Shown one piece after another: positions 14,768 through 24,311 of a DNA stretch of 53,546 nucleotides. Both the position numbers and the translations under genes were made by a program. Under the pieces are notes generated by a model, which was not told where the DNA came from, made no database searches, and saw only the letters and a list, made by a program, of their open reading frames with translations. How positions within the stretch are numbered: position 1 is the stretch's first letter; every line of letters begins with the position of its first letter. The DNA is from a virus (lineage: Duplodnaviria; Caudoviricetes): IMG/VR virus record IMGVR_UViG_3300045999_001420, positions 1-53,546 of that record; one strand, 5' to 3'.

Positions 14768-17314
14768 ATGGTAAAGCTGGTTGGAACAGGCGGGAACCAA
14801 GTCCCAACAAACAACATGCTTGGCAACATGGCCTTTCAGAACAAGGAAGGCGCAAGCATTGACCTGCTGGGGCTTGCCGCTGGCACAGCACTTCTTCCTT
14901 CCCTCATTCCCACGGGTGATCCCAATACAGGCATGTGGTTTCCGGCTGCGGACACCATTGCTTGGTCAACTGCTGGCTCTGAGCGTCTCAGGATTGCTTC
15001 CGGTGGAACGGTTTCAACAACAGGAACTCTGACGGTTGCTGGTGGCGCTGCAAACATCAGCAGCACTTCGTTTGACTTTGTTTCATCCAGCACTTTCTTT
15101 CCTCAGATTTTATTGGTCAACACTGCGAATGACGCTTTTGGTCCATACTGGAACACAAGAAAACTTCGCGGTGCAACCGCCGCAACTTCTGGAGATTCAC
15201 TTGGGACATTTGTGTTCCAGAGCGTTGACACTGGCGGAGCACTAAGAAATGCAGCTTTTCTTTCAGTGGTCTCTGATGGGGCTGGTGCAACGTTTCATTC
15301 TGCATACTATTCATTCACACTAATCAATACAGCGGGATCAAATGTAATACCCCTTGCAATCAGAAGCCAAGGGTTATTCGTAGTAGATGGCACTGCACTT
15401 TTGCCGTCCTTTACGTTTGCCAATGATCCTGACACAGGTTTTTGGCGACCAGCCGCTAACACATTGGCTGCAAGTACCAATGCCTCTGAGAAGATGCGTA
15501 TTCTCAGTACTGGCGAAGTGGGCATCGGCACATCCACCCCCGGAACGTTTGGCAAGCTAGAGGTTCTGGGTTCTGGATATACCGCATTTTCCGTTGCCTC
15601 ATCCGATGCGTCTGGTGTTCGTGTTGTTTTGGCAGCAAATGCCGCAAGTGAAGCTCGCATAAATGTGACTTCAAATCATCCTCTCGCTACCTTTGTCAAT
15701 AACACAGAGCGCATGCGTGTAACCGCGACTGGCAATGTCGGCATCGGGACAGGCTCACCGGGTCATCTGCTCCAAGTGAACTCTACAGGTTCAACCATAT
15801 CTGCAACTACGTCGTCCACGACGACACAATTTACTGGTCCCGGTTTAAGGCTGTACAACACGAATGCGTCAATGGGTACGCAGGCGGGCCTTGGCATCGC
15901 AAGCTTAATCTTGGACGCTTCTGCCACGCAAGGTTATATGTCTTTTTTCCAGACAAACAACTCAGGCGGGTTTGTTCAAGACATCCTTCGTTACGACTAC
16001 AATGCGAACCTTTGGCAGTTTTATACAAATGCAACTGAAAAGCTTCGCATCACTTCCGCCGGACGTGTCGGCATCGGAACATCTTCTCCCGGTGCCTTGC
16101 TTGATGTTAATGGCGATATTATTGTTGCTGGAAGCTCAATCGGGAGCGGAAATGTAAGCAGCAACATCAAGTTTGGAAGCATTGCTACATACGGCCTAAA
16201 TACAACTGGCAACAATAATGTCGCCATCGGTGTAAGCACACTGCTTCAAAACACAACTGGTCTATACAATGTTGCTGTTGGCGGGTCTGCATTAAGAGAC
16301 AATACGACTGGCGAGGGCAATATGGCCGTCGGCCTTCAGGCGCTTGCTCTTAACACGACCGGAAACAACAATGTCGGTGTGGGCCGTCAAACTTTAACGT
16401 CAAATACGACGGGTCTGGAAAACACCGCGATTGGCACGTTTGCACTACTTAGCAATACAACGTCCAGCTTTAGTGTAGCCATCGGCAGCCAAACTCTATT
16501 CAGCAGCACTGGAGCCAGCAACACTGGACTAGGCGCTTATTCATTCAGGGACATCACGACTGGTGCGAATAACACCGCAGTAGGATATAACACAGGTCGT
16601 GGCATCACCACTGGTTCAAACAACACAATCATTGGCGCAAATGTAACCGGACTTAGTACAACCCTCGCAAACAATATCATCATCGCTGATGGTGCAGGAA
16701 ACCGCCGCATCAATGTTGATGGCTCTGGCAATGTCGGTATCGGCACCACGGCCCCAACTACCCTGCTCTCCGTCAACGGTATCGCTTCCTTTGGTGCCGG
16801 TGCTGTTGCCACCCCATCTATCGCAGCGTTTGGTGACCTCAATACAGGCATGTGGTTCCCTGCTGCTGATACGATTGCTTGGTCCACTGGCGGCTCTGAG
16901 CGCATGCGCGTTCATTCTTCTGGCGGCGTCTCAATTGGCAACACAACAGACCCCGGTGTAGGCGCGCTAATTGTCAATAGCACCATCCAAGGCACTCAGC
17001 TTCGCGGTGGCTACAACAATACGACAGGTGTTGCCAACACCGTCGATCAAGCACTTGGCACCAATACCGTATCAATGGTATTGATTAGCGCCAACACAAC
17101 GCTGACTTCTACGGTTCCACCCGCTGGCGCTCATGCTTCCGTCATCATCAAAACCAGCGGCGTAACTTCACGCACAGTCACATTTGGTACGGGTTTCAAG
17201 TCTGTTGGAACTCTTGCCACGGGCGCAACGGCTGACCGTTTTTGGGTGGTCAACTTTGTGTCAGACGGAACTTTCCTTTACGAAAGTAGCCGTACAACCG
17301 CAGCATACGCATAA
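14768..17314 (+). CDS. long tail fibre protein
   Basis: Repeated ERMRI/GNVGIGT units and NTTG-N-AVG beta-helix-like repeats. Confidence 0.8.
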   Translation: MVKLVGTGGNQVPTNNMLGNMAFQNKEGASIDLLGLAAGTALLPSLIPTGDPNTGMWFPAADTIAWSTAGSERLRIASGGTVSTTGTLTVAGGAANISSTSFDFVSSSTFFPQILLVNTANDAFGPYWNTRKLRGATAATSGDSLGTFVFQSVDTGGALRNAAFLSVVSDGAGATFHSAYYSFTLINTAGSNVIPLAIRSQGLFVVDGTALLPSFTFANDPDTGFWRPAANTLAASTNASEKMRILSTGEVGIGTSTPGTFGKLEVLGSGYTAFSVASSDASGVRVVLAANAASEARINVTSNHPLATFVNNTERMRVTATGNVGIGTGSPGHLLQVNSTGSTISATTSSTTTQFTGPGLRLYNTNASMGTQAGLGIASLILDASATQGYMSFFQTNNSGGFVQDILRYDYNANLWQFYTNATEKLRITSAGRVGIGTSSPGALLDVNGDIIVAGSSIGSGNVSSNIKFGSIATYGLNTTGNNNVAIGVSTLLQNTTGLYNVAVGGSALRDNTTGEGNMAVGLQALALNTTGNNNVGVGRQTLTSNTTGLENTAIGTFALLSNTTSSFSVAIGSQTLFSSTGASNTGLGAYSFRDITTGANNTAVGYNTGRGITTGSNNTIIGANVTGLSTTLANNIIIADGAGNRRINVDGSGNVGIGTTAPTTLLSVNGIASFGAGAVATPSIAAFGDLNTGMWFPAADTIAWSTGGSERMRVHSSGGVSIGNTTDPGVGALIVNSTIQGTQLRGGYNNTTGVANTVDQALGTNTVSMVLISANTTLTSTVPPAGAHASVIIKTSGVTSRTVTFGTGFKSVGTLATGATADRFWVVNFVSDGTFLYESSRTTAAYA

Positions 17315-17325
17315 CAGGAGGCACT

Positions 17326-17490
17326 ATGAAAATTGAACTGACGAACGAAGAAGCCAACGCCCTTGCCAACCTTCTTGACATTGCTGTCAAGGCTGGCGGC
17401 CTCCGCAGTGCAAACGCCGCTCTGGTCATTTTCCAGAAGCTGGAAGCTGCCGCCAAGGCAGAGAACTCTGAAACCAAGGAGGCTCAATAA
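17326..17490 (+). CDS. 54-aa fibre-associated protein
   Basis: RBS AGGAGG; MKIELTNEEANALANLLDIAVKAGG; not in the ORF track. Confidence 0.7.
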   Translation: MKIELTNEEANALANLLDIAVKAGGLRSANAALVIFQKLEAAAKAENSETKEAQ

Positions 17491-17828
17491 TGGCCGTCTC
17501 ATATGAGTGGTCGTTTCCTTCTCTGGACGTGATCCATAACCAGATCGATGAGCAGACAGGTCTCGCGGTCCAGAACGTCGTGACCACGGTTCATTGGGTC
17601 TACACGGCGCGGGATGGTGACTACACCGCATCAATGTACAGCACGGTCGGACTTCCCGGTCCCGGTCAGCCGTTTACAGCTTTCGAGGACCTGACCCCGG
17701 CAATCGTGCAGGGGTGGGTAGAAACCGCGCTCGGCGCTGATCAGGTGGCGGAAATGCAGTCGTCACTTGCGAATAGCATCGAGCATCAGAAGCAGCCGAA
17801 AGGCGGCACCGTGGCTCCCCCTTGGTAA
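17490..17828 (+). CDS. probable fibre assembly chaperone
   Basis: VTTVHW...FEDLT...VQGWV...PPW pattern seen after tail fibre genes. Confidence 0.6.
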   Translation: MAVSYEWSFPSLDVIHNQIDEQTGLAVQNVVTTVHWVYTARDGDYTASMYSTVGLPGPGQPFTAFEDLTPAIVQGWVETALGADQVAEMQSSLANSIEHQKQPKGGTVAPPW

Positions 17829-17840
17829 TAAGGTAAACCT

Positions 17841-18329
17841 ATGCTCGGCTTTAGCGCATTAGCAAAACTACCATTAGCAGTAGCAAGCCCAATTGCTGCT
17901 AATGCGCTTAATATTGCACAGGACGGTAACACTGTATCCGCTACGGGTACAGTGTTGGTGGTAGGGTCGTTAAGTGTAACACAGGACGATAACACTGTAT
18001 CCGCTACAGGTGCGGTGCAGGTAACAGGGTCGCTAAGTGTAACGCAGGACGATCAGACGCTGGTGGCGGACGCCATTACGACTGGTCTTTCGGTAACCCA
18101 AGACGACCAGACACTTTCTGCAACCGCCGTACTTACACTTTCCGAAGCCCCGTGTGTTCTTCGCGCTGCTGTTGTTGTACACGCTATAGTTGCGGCAGTA
18201 GAAGTTTCTCAGGTTCCGGTTACGATACGTGCAGTTGCGTCGTACATCAGGCTCTCAGCATCCGCGTCCTACCCGAGGATCAAGTACAGGACCTGCTGGA
18301 ACGTGGTTGCCGACAGGGAAGCGGCTTGA
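17841..18329 (+). CDS. repeat-containing virion protein
   Basis: MLGFSALA start; 21-aa QDDNTVSATG repeats. Confidence 0.6.
   Translation: MLGFSALAKLPLAVASPIAANALNIAQDGNTVSATGTVLVVGSLSVTQDDNTVSATGAVQVTGSLSVTQDDQTLVADAITTGLSVTQDDQTLSATAVLTLSEAPCVLRAAVVVHAIVAAVEVSQVPVTIRAVASYIRLSASASYPRIKYRTCWNVVADREAA
17919..18115 (+). repeat. 63-bp tandem coding repeats
   Basis: CAGGACG units at 17919, 17982 and 18045; degenerate unit at 18099. Confidence 0.8.
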
Positions 18330-18377
18330 TTTCCCTGACTATCTTGTGTACCAATAACGTATTAGTCGGAGCACGAC

Positions 18378-19325
18378 ATGGCCGTCCTCGTTAAAAACAA
18401 CGCCTACAGCACCCTTGCTTCCGGCATAACTGCTATTGCCACGACGATTACTGTGGCGGCAGGTACGGGGTCCCGGTTCCCAGCCGCAGGCGGTTCGGAC
18501 TACTTCTATGCGACGTTGATCGATACCTCGAACAACCTTGAGGTCGTGAAGGTCACATCGCGCTCAACCGATACGTTGACCGTGGTTCGTGGGCAGGACG
18601 GCACGACCGGTAGGATTTACTCTTCCGGTGATCGTATCGAGCTTCGTGTTACCGCAGCCCTCCTCGCAGATATCCGCGACTCGATCACCCCCGCTGACGG
18701 CACGGTCACGACAGCCAAGATCGTGGATGCCAACGTCACACTGGCGAAACTTGCGGCTGCGGTGCAGGCGCTCCTCGTACCAACGGGTGCCGTATCACCC
18801 TATGCCGGTACAACCGAACCTACAGGCTGGTTATTCTGCCGTGGACAAGAGGTAAGCCGGTCCACCTACCCTACCCTTGACGCTCTGATAACCACTACGT
18901 ACGGCGCATATACGAACGGTTCTGGCGGCGTTGGCACGTCCCACTTCCGTCTCCCCGACCTCCGTGGTCGTGTCGTTGCCGGTCAAGACGACATGGGCGG
19001 CACATCTGCCAACCGCCTGACGGGCCTTAGCGGCGGTGTTGATGGGGATGTCCTCGGCGCAGCCGGTGGTGCAGAGACGCACACCCTTACTGAAGCTCAA
19101 CTTGCTGCGCATAGGCATTTTACGGCTGTTGACGTAGTTAACGGCGCAACTCTGAGTGCGACAAACTCTGTTGTAAGGCAGAAGAGCGACGGCGGTGATA
19201 GTAACTACGTCTTTGTAGCGAGTACTTCCGAGCCGACGTTTGGCAGGACAAGTGTTACCGGAAGTGGAGCAGCACACAACAACGTGCAGCCGACGATCAT
19301 CCTGAACTACATCATCAAGACGTAG
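18378..19325 (+). CDS. tail fibre with tail-collar domain
   Basis: PTGWLFCRGQ, FRLPDLRGR and HNNVQPTIILNYIIK collar motifs. Confidence 0.85.
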   Translation: MAVLVKNNAYSTLASGITAIATTITVAAGTGSRFPAAGGSDYFYATLIDTSNNLEVVKVTSRSTDTLTVVRGQDGTTGRIYSSGDRIELRVTAALLADIRDSITPADGTVTTAKIVDANVTLAKLAAAVQALLVPTGAVSPYAGTTEPTGWLFCRGQEVSRSTYPTLDALITTTYGAYTNGSGGVGTSHFRLPDLRGRVVAGQDDMGGTSANRLTGLSGGVDGDVLGAAGGAETHTLTEAQLAAHRHFTAVDVVNGATLSATNSVVRQKSDGGDSNYVFVASTSEPTFGRTSVTGSGAAHNNVQPTIILNYIIKT

Positions 19326-19328
19326 GTT

Positions 19329-19577
19329 ATGCTTATGTTTGACGACCAAGCACTAAAGGTTCTGAACGCAATCATGCAGTGGATAGTTATGCCGGTCGCT
19401 GCCTTTGTGTGGGTCATCTACAGACAGCAGCAGAAACACGACACGGCCATCGCCGTACTTCAGGCCGAGACAAACACCGCACGGTTGGCTCACGACCGTG
19501 AGATCAAGGAAATCCGCGAGACGAGCCGCGCGATCATGGCGAAACTGGACTCAATTGAGGAGGCACTACGCAAATGA
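19329..19577 (+). CDS. membrane protein, holin-like
   Basis: One N-terminal TM plus coiled coil; upstream of the endolysin. Confidence 0.55.
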   Translation: MLMFDDQALKVLNAIMQWIVMPVAAFVWVIYRQQQKHDTAIAVLQAETNTARLAHDREIKEIRETSRAIMAKLDSIEEALRK

Positions 19578-19738
19578 AAAAGATGATGTCCGAGTACGGC
19601 GGCAAGGAAAAGTACAAGTCCAAGGGTGCCATGAAGCGCCACGAGGGCATGGAGAAGCCCAAGATTGAGCGCATGGAACGGATGCGCGGATACAAGGACG
19701 GCGGCATGGTTGTGAAGGTCAAGGGTAAGAACTGCTAA
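19574..19738 (+). CDS. 54-aa Lys/Met-rich protein
   Basis: ATGA and TAATG coupling; MKKMMSEYGGKEKYKS...YKDGGMVVKVKGKNC; not in the ORF track. Confidence 0.7.
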   Translation: MKKMMSEYGGKEKYKSKGAMKRHEGMEKPKIERMERMRGYKDGGMVVKVKGKNC

Positions 19739-20145
19739 TGCAGCTAACACCCAAGGACGAAGCACATCTCAAGAAGGTCCACCCGGACCTTGCCCGTGTC
19801 ATTCGCCGCGCTGCGGCCATGTGGCCGCACAAGGATCAGGTGTTCTTCATCACCTGCTCCACTCGCACTTTGGAAGAACAGAAGAAGCTTATCGCCGCTG
19901 GCGCTTCGAGGACCCTGCGTTCTAGGCACCTCCCCGGTAAGACCAACAAGCTCTCTCATGCTGTTGATCTGGCAGTGCGGATGGGTAAGACCGTTAGGTG
20001 GGACGAACCGCTTTTCGTTCAGATGTCGAAGACGATCAAGGCAGCAGCGAAAGCTGAGAAGGTCACCCTTGAGTGGGGCGGTGATTGGAAGACGTTTTCG
20101 GATAAGCCCCACTATCAGCTACCGTGGAAGCAGTATCCCGGTTAA
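19738..20145 (+). CDS. endolysin, M15 L-Ala-D-Glu peptidase type
   Basis: VHPDL, RTLEEQ, SRH...HAVD and WGGDW...DKPHYQL zinc-ligand motifs. Confidence 0.9.
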   Translation: MQLTPKDEAHLKKVHPDLARVIRRAAAMWPHKDQVFFITCSTRTLEEQKKLIAAGASRTLRSRHLPGKTNKLSHAVDLAVRMGKTVRWDEPLFVQMSKTIKAAAKAEKVTLEWGGDWKTFSDKPHYQLPWKQYPG

Positions 20146-20160
20146 CATAGGAGTACGTGC

Positions 20161-20328
20161 ATGTTCACCTCTATCGACAAAGCACTCGTGGGTCTCGTCA
20201 TGGGTCTGCTGTTCATCGTCCAGACCTACACCGGTTTCAGCACGTCGTGGATCACCGCTGACACGGTTTCGACTATCGTCGGCCTGATCACGCCGGTTCT
20301 TGTCTGGGCGATCCCCAACAAGAAGTGA
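20161..20328 (+). CDS. 55-aa two-TM holin-like protein
   Basis: RBS AGGAG; MFTSIDKALVGLVMGLLFIV...VLVWAIPNKK; not in the ORF track. Confidence 0.7.
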   Translation: MFTSIDKALVGLVMGLLFIVQTYTGFSTSWITADTVSTIVGLITPVLVWAIPNKK

Positions 20329-20555
20329 CTTGGCAAGAGGTCATAGCGACAATCGTCGTTCTTTTGGGGCTGGGCGCAGGAGTAGTCTTGTTTGCCCAGC
20401 GTCCGTCGTTCTGGATCGAGTTTGGCGTTCGGCTGGGTAAGCGATTGTGGCCGCTGCTTATTAAGCGTATGTCTCCCAAAAAAGAAGAAGCGTGGCGCGA
20501 CTGTATTCGTCGCGGTGGTGAATGGGATCACTTCCGCAAGAAGTGTAAGGACTGA
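20325..20555 (+). CDS. lysis-region membrane protein
   Basis: GTGA coupling; N-terminal TM and basic C-terminus. Confidence 0.6.
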   Translation: MTWQEVIATIVVLLGLGAGVVLFAQRPSFWIEFGVRLGKRLWPLLIKRMSPKKEEAWRDCIRRGGEWDHFRKKCKD

Positions 20556-20560
20556 GGGCG

Positions 20561-23179
20561 ATGGCCGGTATCAAGATCACGAACTTCCTCGGCATTGCAC
20601 CGAAGCTGTCGCCTGAACTTATCGGTGCGCAGTTCGCTCAGACGGCTGTGAACCTGAACCCATACTCTGGCGACCTGATCCCGTATCGCACCTCGAAGGA
20701 AGTCGGTAACACCAACCGTGGCGCTGGTGTACAGACGATCTACCCGATGCGCGACCCTAACGATGCTACGGTCAACAAGTGGCTGTCGTGGACCTCTGAC
20801 GTGGACATTGCCGTCCCGACGACGCTGGATGAAGAAGAGCAGCGCATCTACTACACCGGAGATGGCGTACCGAAGGTAACGGACTACAGCCTCGCTGTGT
20901 CGGGCGCTGGTCCTTATCCCGTTTCGGCTGGTAGCTACGACCTCGGGCTTCCGCTCCCAACGACCAAACCGTCTGCATCTGCGACAGCGTTCAGCGAGAA
21001 GACCACCAGCACCGTCGCTCGTGACGGAGCCGGTATCGCTACGATTGTAACTTCTGTTGCGCACGGACTGGACGTAGGGTCTCGTGTTAATATCTCGCAG
21101 TTATCTTATCGGACGGCGACATACGCGCGTGCTAATACGGGTGTAGTTACTGTCACTCTAGCCTCGCACGGCTATGAGACCGGTGCGCAACTCTTTATGA
21201 GCTTTGACGGTACTGGAGCGTCAAACCCTCCGACAGCGGCAGGGACGTACCCGATCACTGTAACAGCTTCAAACACATTTACGTTTACTGATACTGTAAA
21301 TGCTACGACTATTGCGGCTGGTACAAGCTGCGAAATTGGCCTCTATGACTTCAACGTAGTCAATGCCGAAGTTGTCACGATCCCTGACAGCACGACGTTC
21401 ACGGTTGCTTCCGCTGGCCCTAAGACCCCCACCATAACGGCGACGACCGGCAAGGTAAACCTCGCAGGCACTGTTCAGAGCCGCAAGTACGTCTATACGT
21501 GGATCACCCCGTGGGGTGAGGAGTCGATCCCCAGTGAACCGTCCGATGCCGTTTACGTACGCGAAGGTCAGACTGTTACGGTTAGCGGATTGCCGACCGC
21601 CAAGCCCAGCGGCAACAACTTCATTCGCGGGTTCCGGCTTTATCGCACTGTGGTCAGTGCATCTCAGGGTACGCAGTACTTCCTGCTGAAGACGGTGTAT
21701 TTCACGAACGCAATGACGTTTGCTGCCCGTACGTCCAACGTGGTCACGGCGAAATTCCAGCACCCGCATAACCTCGTAGTGGGCAGCAAGATCAAAATTA
21801 CCGGCACGGCCTTCGGCGGTACACCCGACACGAGTTTCAACGTGACGGACGGTACGGTTGTTTCTGCACCAGATAAGTATACGATTACGTACAATGCTGC
21901 CGGTTCTGACAAGGCGAACACTGCGACATCCGCAGGTACGCTATTCTGGGATGTGACTGAACCCGGTAAGACAACCTACAGGTACTACGAGTCCAGCACA
22001 TTTACGGACGACTTCAAGGTCAGCGGTCTGGTCTTCATTCTCGACTCACTCTACGCCGATGCGCCGGATGGAAATATGCAGGGCCTCACGATGGCCCACA
22101 ACAACATCTTGGTCGGTTTCGTGCAGAACGAAGTTTGCTTCTCCGACCCCGGTCGCCCGTGGTCGTGGCCGTTGCGTTATCGCATTGTGGTGGAGCACAA
22201 GATCGTGGCTGTTGCCGCAGTCGGCGGTGCTATTTACGTCTTGACGACCGAATACCCCTATCGCCTGTACGGCGATAGCCCTGATGTGATGACCGCTACC
22301 CGGTTTGATATTCCGATGCCGTGTACCTCGAAGCGCGGCGTGGTCAACATGGGCTACGGCGTTCTGTATCCCACCTATGGCGGCATCGCGTTGATTGGGC
22401 CTGATACAGGTGTCGCTCTCGCCACGAAGTCGATCCACGACCGGGATACATGGGCTGAAGCCTGCGATCCCTCGACCGCTGTTGCCGAGTTCTTCAACAA
22501 CAAGTACTTCATGTCCCACTCCACGGGGTCGATGTTGTTCGAGCGCGACGATCAGATCGGCGGCGTCATGGTGACAACTCCCACCAAGTTCAACGCTGCA
22601 TACTACGACGCGCGTTACGATAAGTTTTACTATGTCACCGCCGACAGCGGTGAGCTTTATGAATGGGATGCTGTAGGTCAGCCGCTTCTTACGACAGAGT
22701 GGAAGTCCAAGGTGTTCATCAATAAGGAATACACCAACATCGGTGCCGCGCGTGTCGTGGCTGATTTCAGTGCGGATCAAGCATCGTTCGATGCCATCGT
22801 GGCGTTCAACGTAGCCGTTGTTGCGCATAACACCGAAATGTGGAGCCTGTCGGATCAGCTTGGTACACTCAACGGGCAGCTTAGCTATACCGACCCGGTG
22901 ACTACAGCTTACACGATTGTCGATAACTCCATCGGTGGATCGCTGGTCAATGGCGATGTGCGCACGCAGTACACACTGGAGATCGTAGGCTCTTACGAAA
23001 TCAACTTCCGCCTGTGGGCTAACAAGGTTCTCGTCGCTGACGTGGTGATCTCGGACTCGGAAGTCTTCCGGCTTCCCACGGGCTACAAGTCGGATACCTT
23101 CGAGGTCGCGGTCAGCGGTTCCGCCCGCATCCGGGCTATCCATCTTGCAGATACACCCCAAGGTTTGGTGAACGTATGA
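20561..23179 (+). CDS. tail nozzle/stabilisation protein
   Basis: FLGIAPK N-terminus, YVYTW...GEESIPS, FSDP...WP, WKSK and FRLP motifs; 872 aa. Confidence 0.75.
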   Translation: MAGIKITNFLGIAPKLSPELIGAQFAQTAVNLNPYSGDLIPYRTSKEVGNTNRGAGVQTIYPMRDPNDATVNKWLSWTSDVDIAVPTTLDEEEQRIYYTGDGVPKVTDYSLAVSGAGPYPVSAGSYDLGLPLPTTKPSASATAFSEKTTSTVARDGAGIATIVTSVAHGLDVGSRVNISQLSYRTATYARANTGVVTVTLASHGYETGAQLFMSFDGTGASNPPTAAGTYPITVTASNTFTFTDTVNATTIAAGTSCEIGLYDFNVVNAEVVTIPDSTTFTVASAGPKTPTITATTGKVNLAGTVQSRKYVYTWITPWGEESIPSEPSDAVYVREGQTVTVSGLPTAKPSGNNFIRGFRLYRTVVSASQGTQYFLLKTVYFTNAMTFAARTSNVVTAKFQHPHNLVVGSKIKITGTAFGGTPDTSFNVTDGTVVSAPDKYTITYNAAGSDKANTATSAGTLFWDVTEPGKTTYRYYESSTFTDDFKVSGLVFILDSLYADAPDGNMQGLTMAHNNILVGFVQNEVCFSDPGRPWSWPLRYRIVVEHKIVAVAAVGGAIYVLTTEYPYRLYGDSPDVMTATRFDIPMPCTSKRGVVNMGYGVLYPTYGGIALIGPDTGVALATKSIHDRDTWAEACDPSTAVAEFFNNKYFMSHSTGSMLFERDDQIGGVMVTTPTKFNAAYYDARYDKFYYVTADSGELYEWDAVGQPLLTTEWKSKVFINKEYTNIGAARVVADFSADQASFDAIVAFNVAVVAHNTEMWSLSDQLGTLNGQLSYTDPVTTAYTIVDNSIGGSLVNGDVRTQYTLEIVGSYEINFRLWANKVLVADVVISDSEVFRLPTGYKSDTFEVAVSGSARIRAIHLADTPQGLVNV

Positions 23180-23463
23180 GTTTTGTTGCTCTACCTCCGG
23201 TCCCGACCTCCGGTCTTAGTGAAGCCGAGTTCCAGCTTTTGGCCGCGCTTACGCAGAATATCTCTGTGCTTACGGGTCAGGTTTCTTCTTCGAGCAAGGC
23301 CATTATCCCCGGACAGTTGACCCTTGGGTTTGCTCCCGATGGGCAGGCAAGTGGGGCGGCTAGTGACGTGGCGACCCTTACGACAGAATTACAAATCCTA
23401 ATAAACGATGTACAAGCATTGCGTGATACGTTAAACATTCTGATTGCGCAGCTTCGGGCTTGA
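23176..23463 (+). CDS. small coiled-coil tail protein
   Basis: Heptad C-terminus; follows the nozzle gene. Confidence 0.6.
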   Translation: MSFVALPPVPTSGLSEAEFQLLAALTQNISVLTGQVSSSSKAIIPGQLTLGFAPDGQASGAASDVATLTTELQILINDVQALRDTLNILIAQLRA

Positions 23464-23474
23464 GGAGAGATGTT

Positions 23475-24311
23475 ATGGCTGGCACTATGAACGGACGCGG
23501 CGGTCTCAATCCGTCCGGCGTTTTTGACATCCGCAGGTTGATGCCTCAGAACCCGTTCAATAACGTGAACCCGCAGGCAGCGGCTATGCCGCTCGGTAGT
23601 GCGCCACCGATGGCTGGTTCGACCCTCAACATCCGCGCTCCGCAATTGCCGCCTGCCTACGCAGACGGAGGAATGGTGCCCCCTGCACCGCCAGCAGCCC
23701 CACCGATGACCCAGCCCGGTACGTCGCCCCAACAGCCCGGTCTGGCCGCACCCGGTGGGGCTGCGCCCACTCAACGCATGTCGCTCCAGCAGCTTCAGCA
23801 GGAAGCCCAGAAGTTCGCGCAGGCCAATCCGCAGGCAGTCCAAGCGATCCGCGAAGCCCTCATGGAGGGTGTGCAGGACGGCGACATCACGCCGCAGCAG
23901 ATCACGATGCTGGTTCAGATGGCGGTCGCCGCAGCACAGAACCCGGAACTCTACCCCCGTCTGCGCCAGATGGCGATCCAGCAGGGCATGGCCGATGAAG
24001 AAGACCTCCCCATGCAGTACGATCAGGGGATCATCTTTTCGCTTATCGTAGCCGGTGCGGCCATGCAGCAGTCCGGTGGTCAGGGTATGGCTGCGCCGCA
24101 GGTTCCCGGCGCTCAAGCGCCAGCGGCCATGATGAAGGATGGTGGTCATATCGCCATGACCCGCAGCCCCACGGGTGACAACACAGGCCGCGCCGACGAC
24201 ATCCCCATTCGCGTATCTGGCGGTGAGTATGTCATCCCCAAGCATGTCGTGGAGCGCAAGGGCACGGACTTCTTCGACAAACTCATCGGTAAGGACACGG
24301 GTGTAGCATGA
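23475..24311 (+). CDS. internal virion protein (Pro/Gln-rich)
   Basis: RBS GAGGAG; C-terminal DDIPIRVSGGEYVIP motif. Confidence 0.7.
   Translation: MAGTMNGRGGLNPSGVFDIRRLMPQNPFNNVNPQAAAMPLGSAPPMAGSTLNIRAPQLPPAYADGGMVPPAPPAAPPMTQPGTSPQQPGLAAPGGAAPTQRMSLQQLQQEAQKFAQANPQAVQAIREALMEGVQDGDITPQQITMLVQMAVAAAQNPELYPRLRQMAIQQGMADEEDLPMQYDQGIIFSLIVAGAAMQQSGGQGMAAPQVPGAQAPAAMMKDGGHIAMTRSPTGDNTGRADDIPIRVSGGEYVIPKHVVERKGTDFFDKLIGKDTGVA

Noticed and set aside
14924-16902. Fibre repeat pair as a DGR template/variable region
   Set aside because: Mismatches are mostly synonymous and not adenine-specific, both copies lie inside one CDS, and no reverse transcriptase is present
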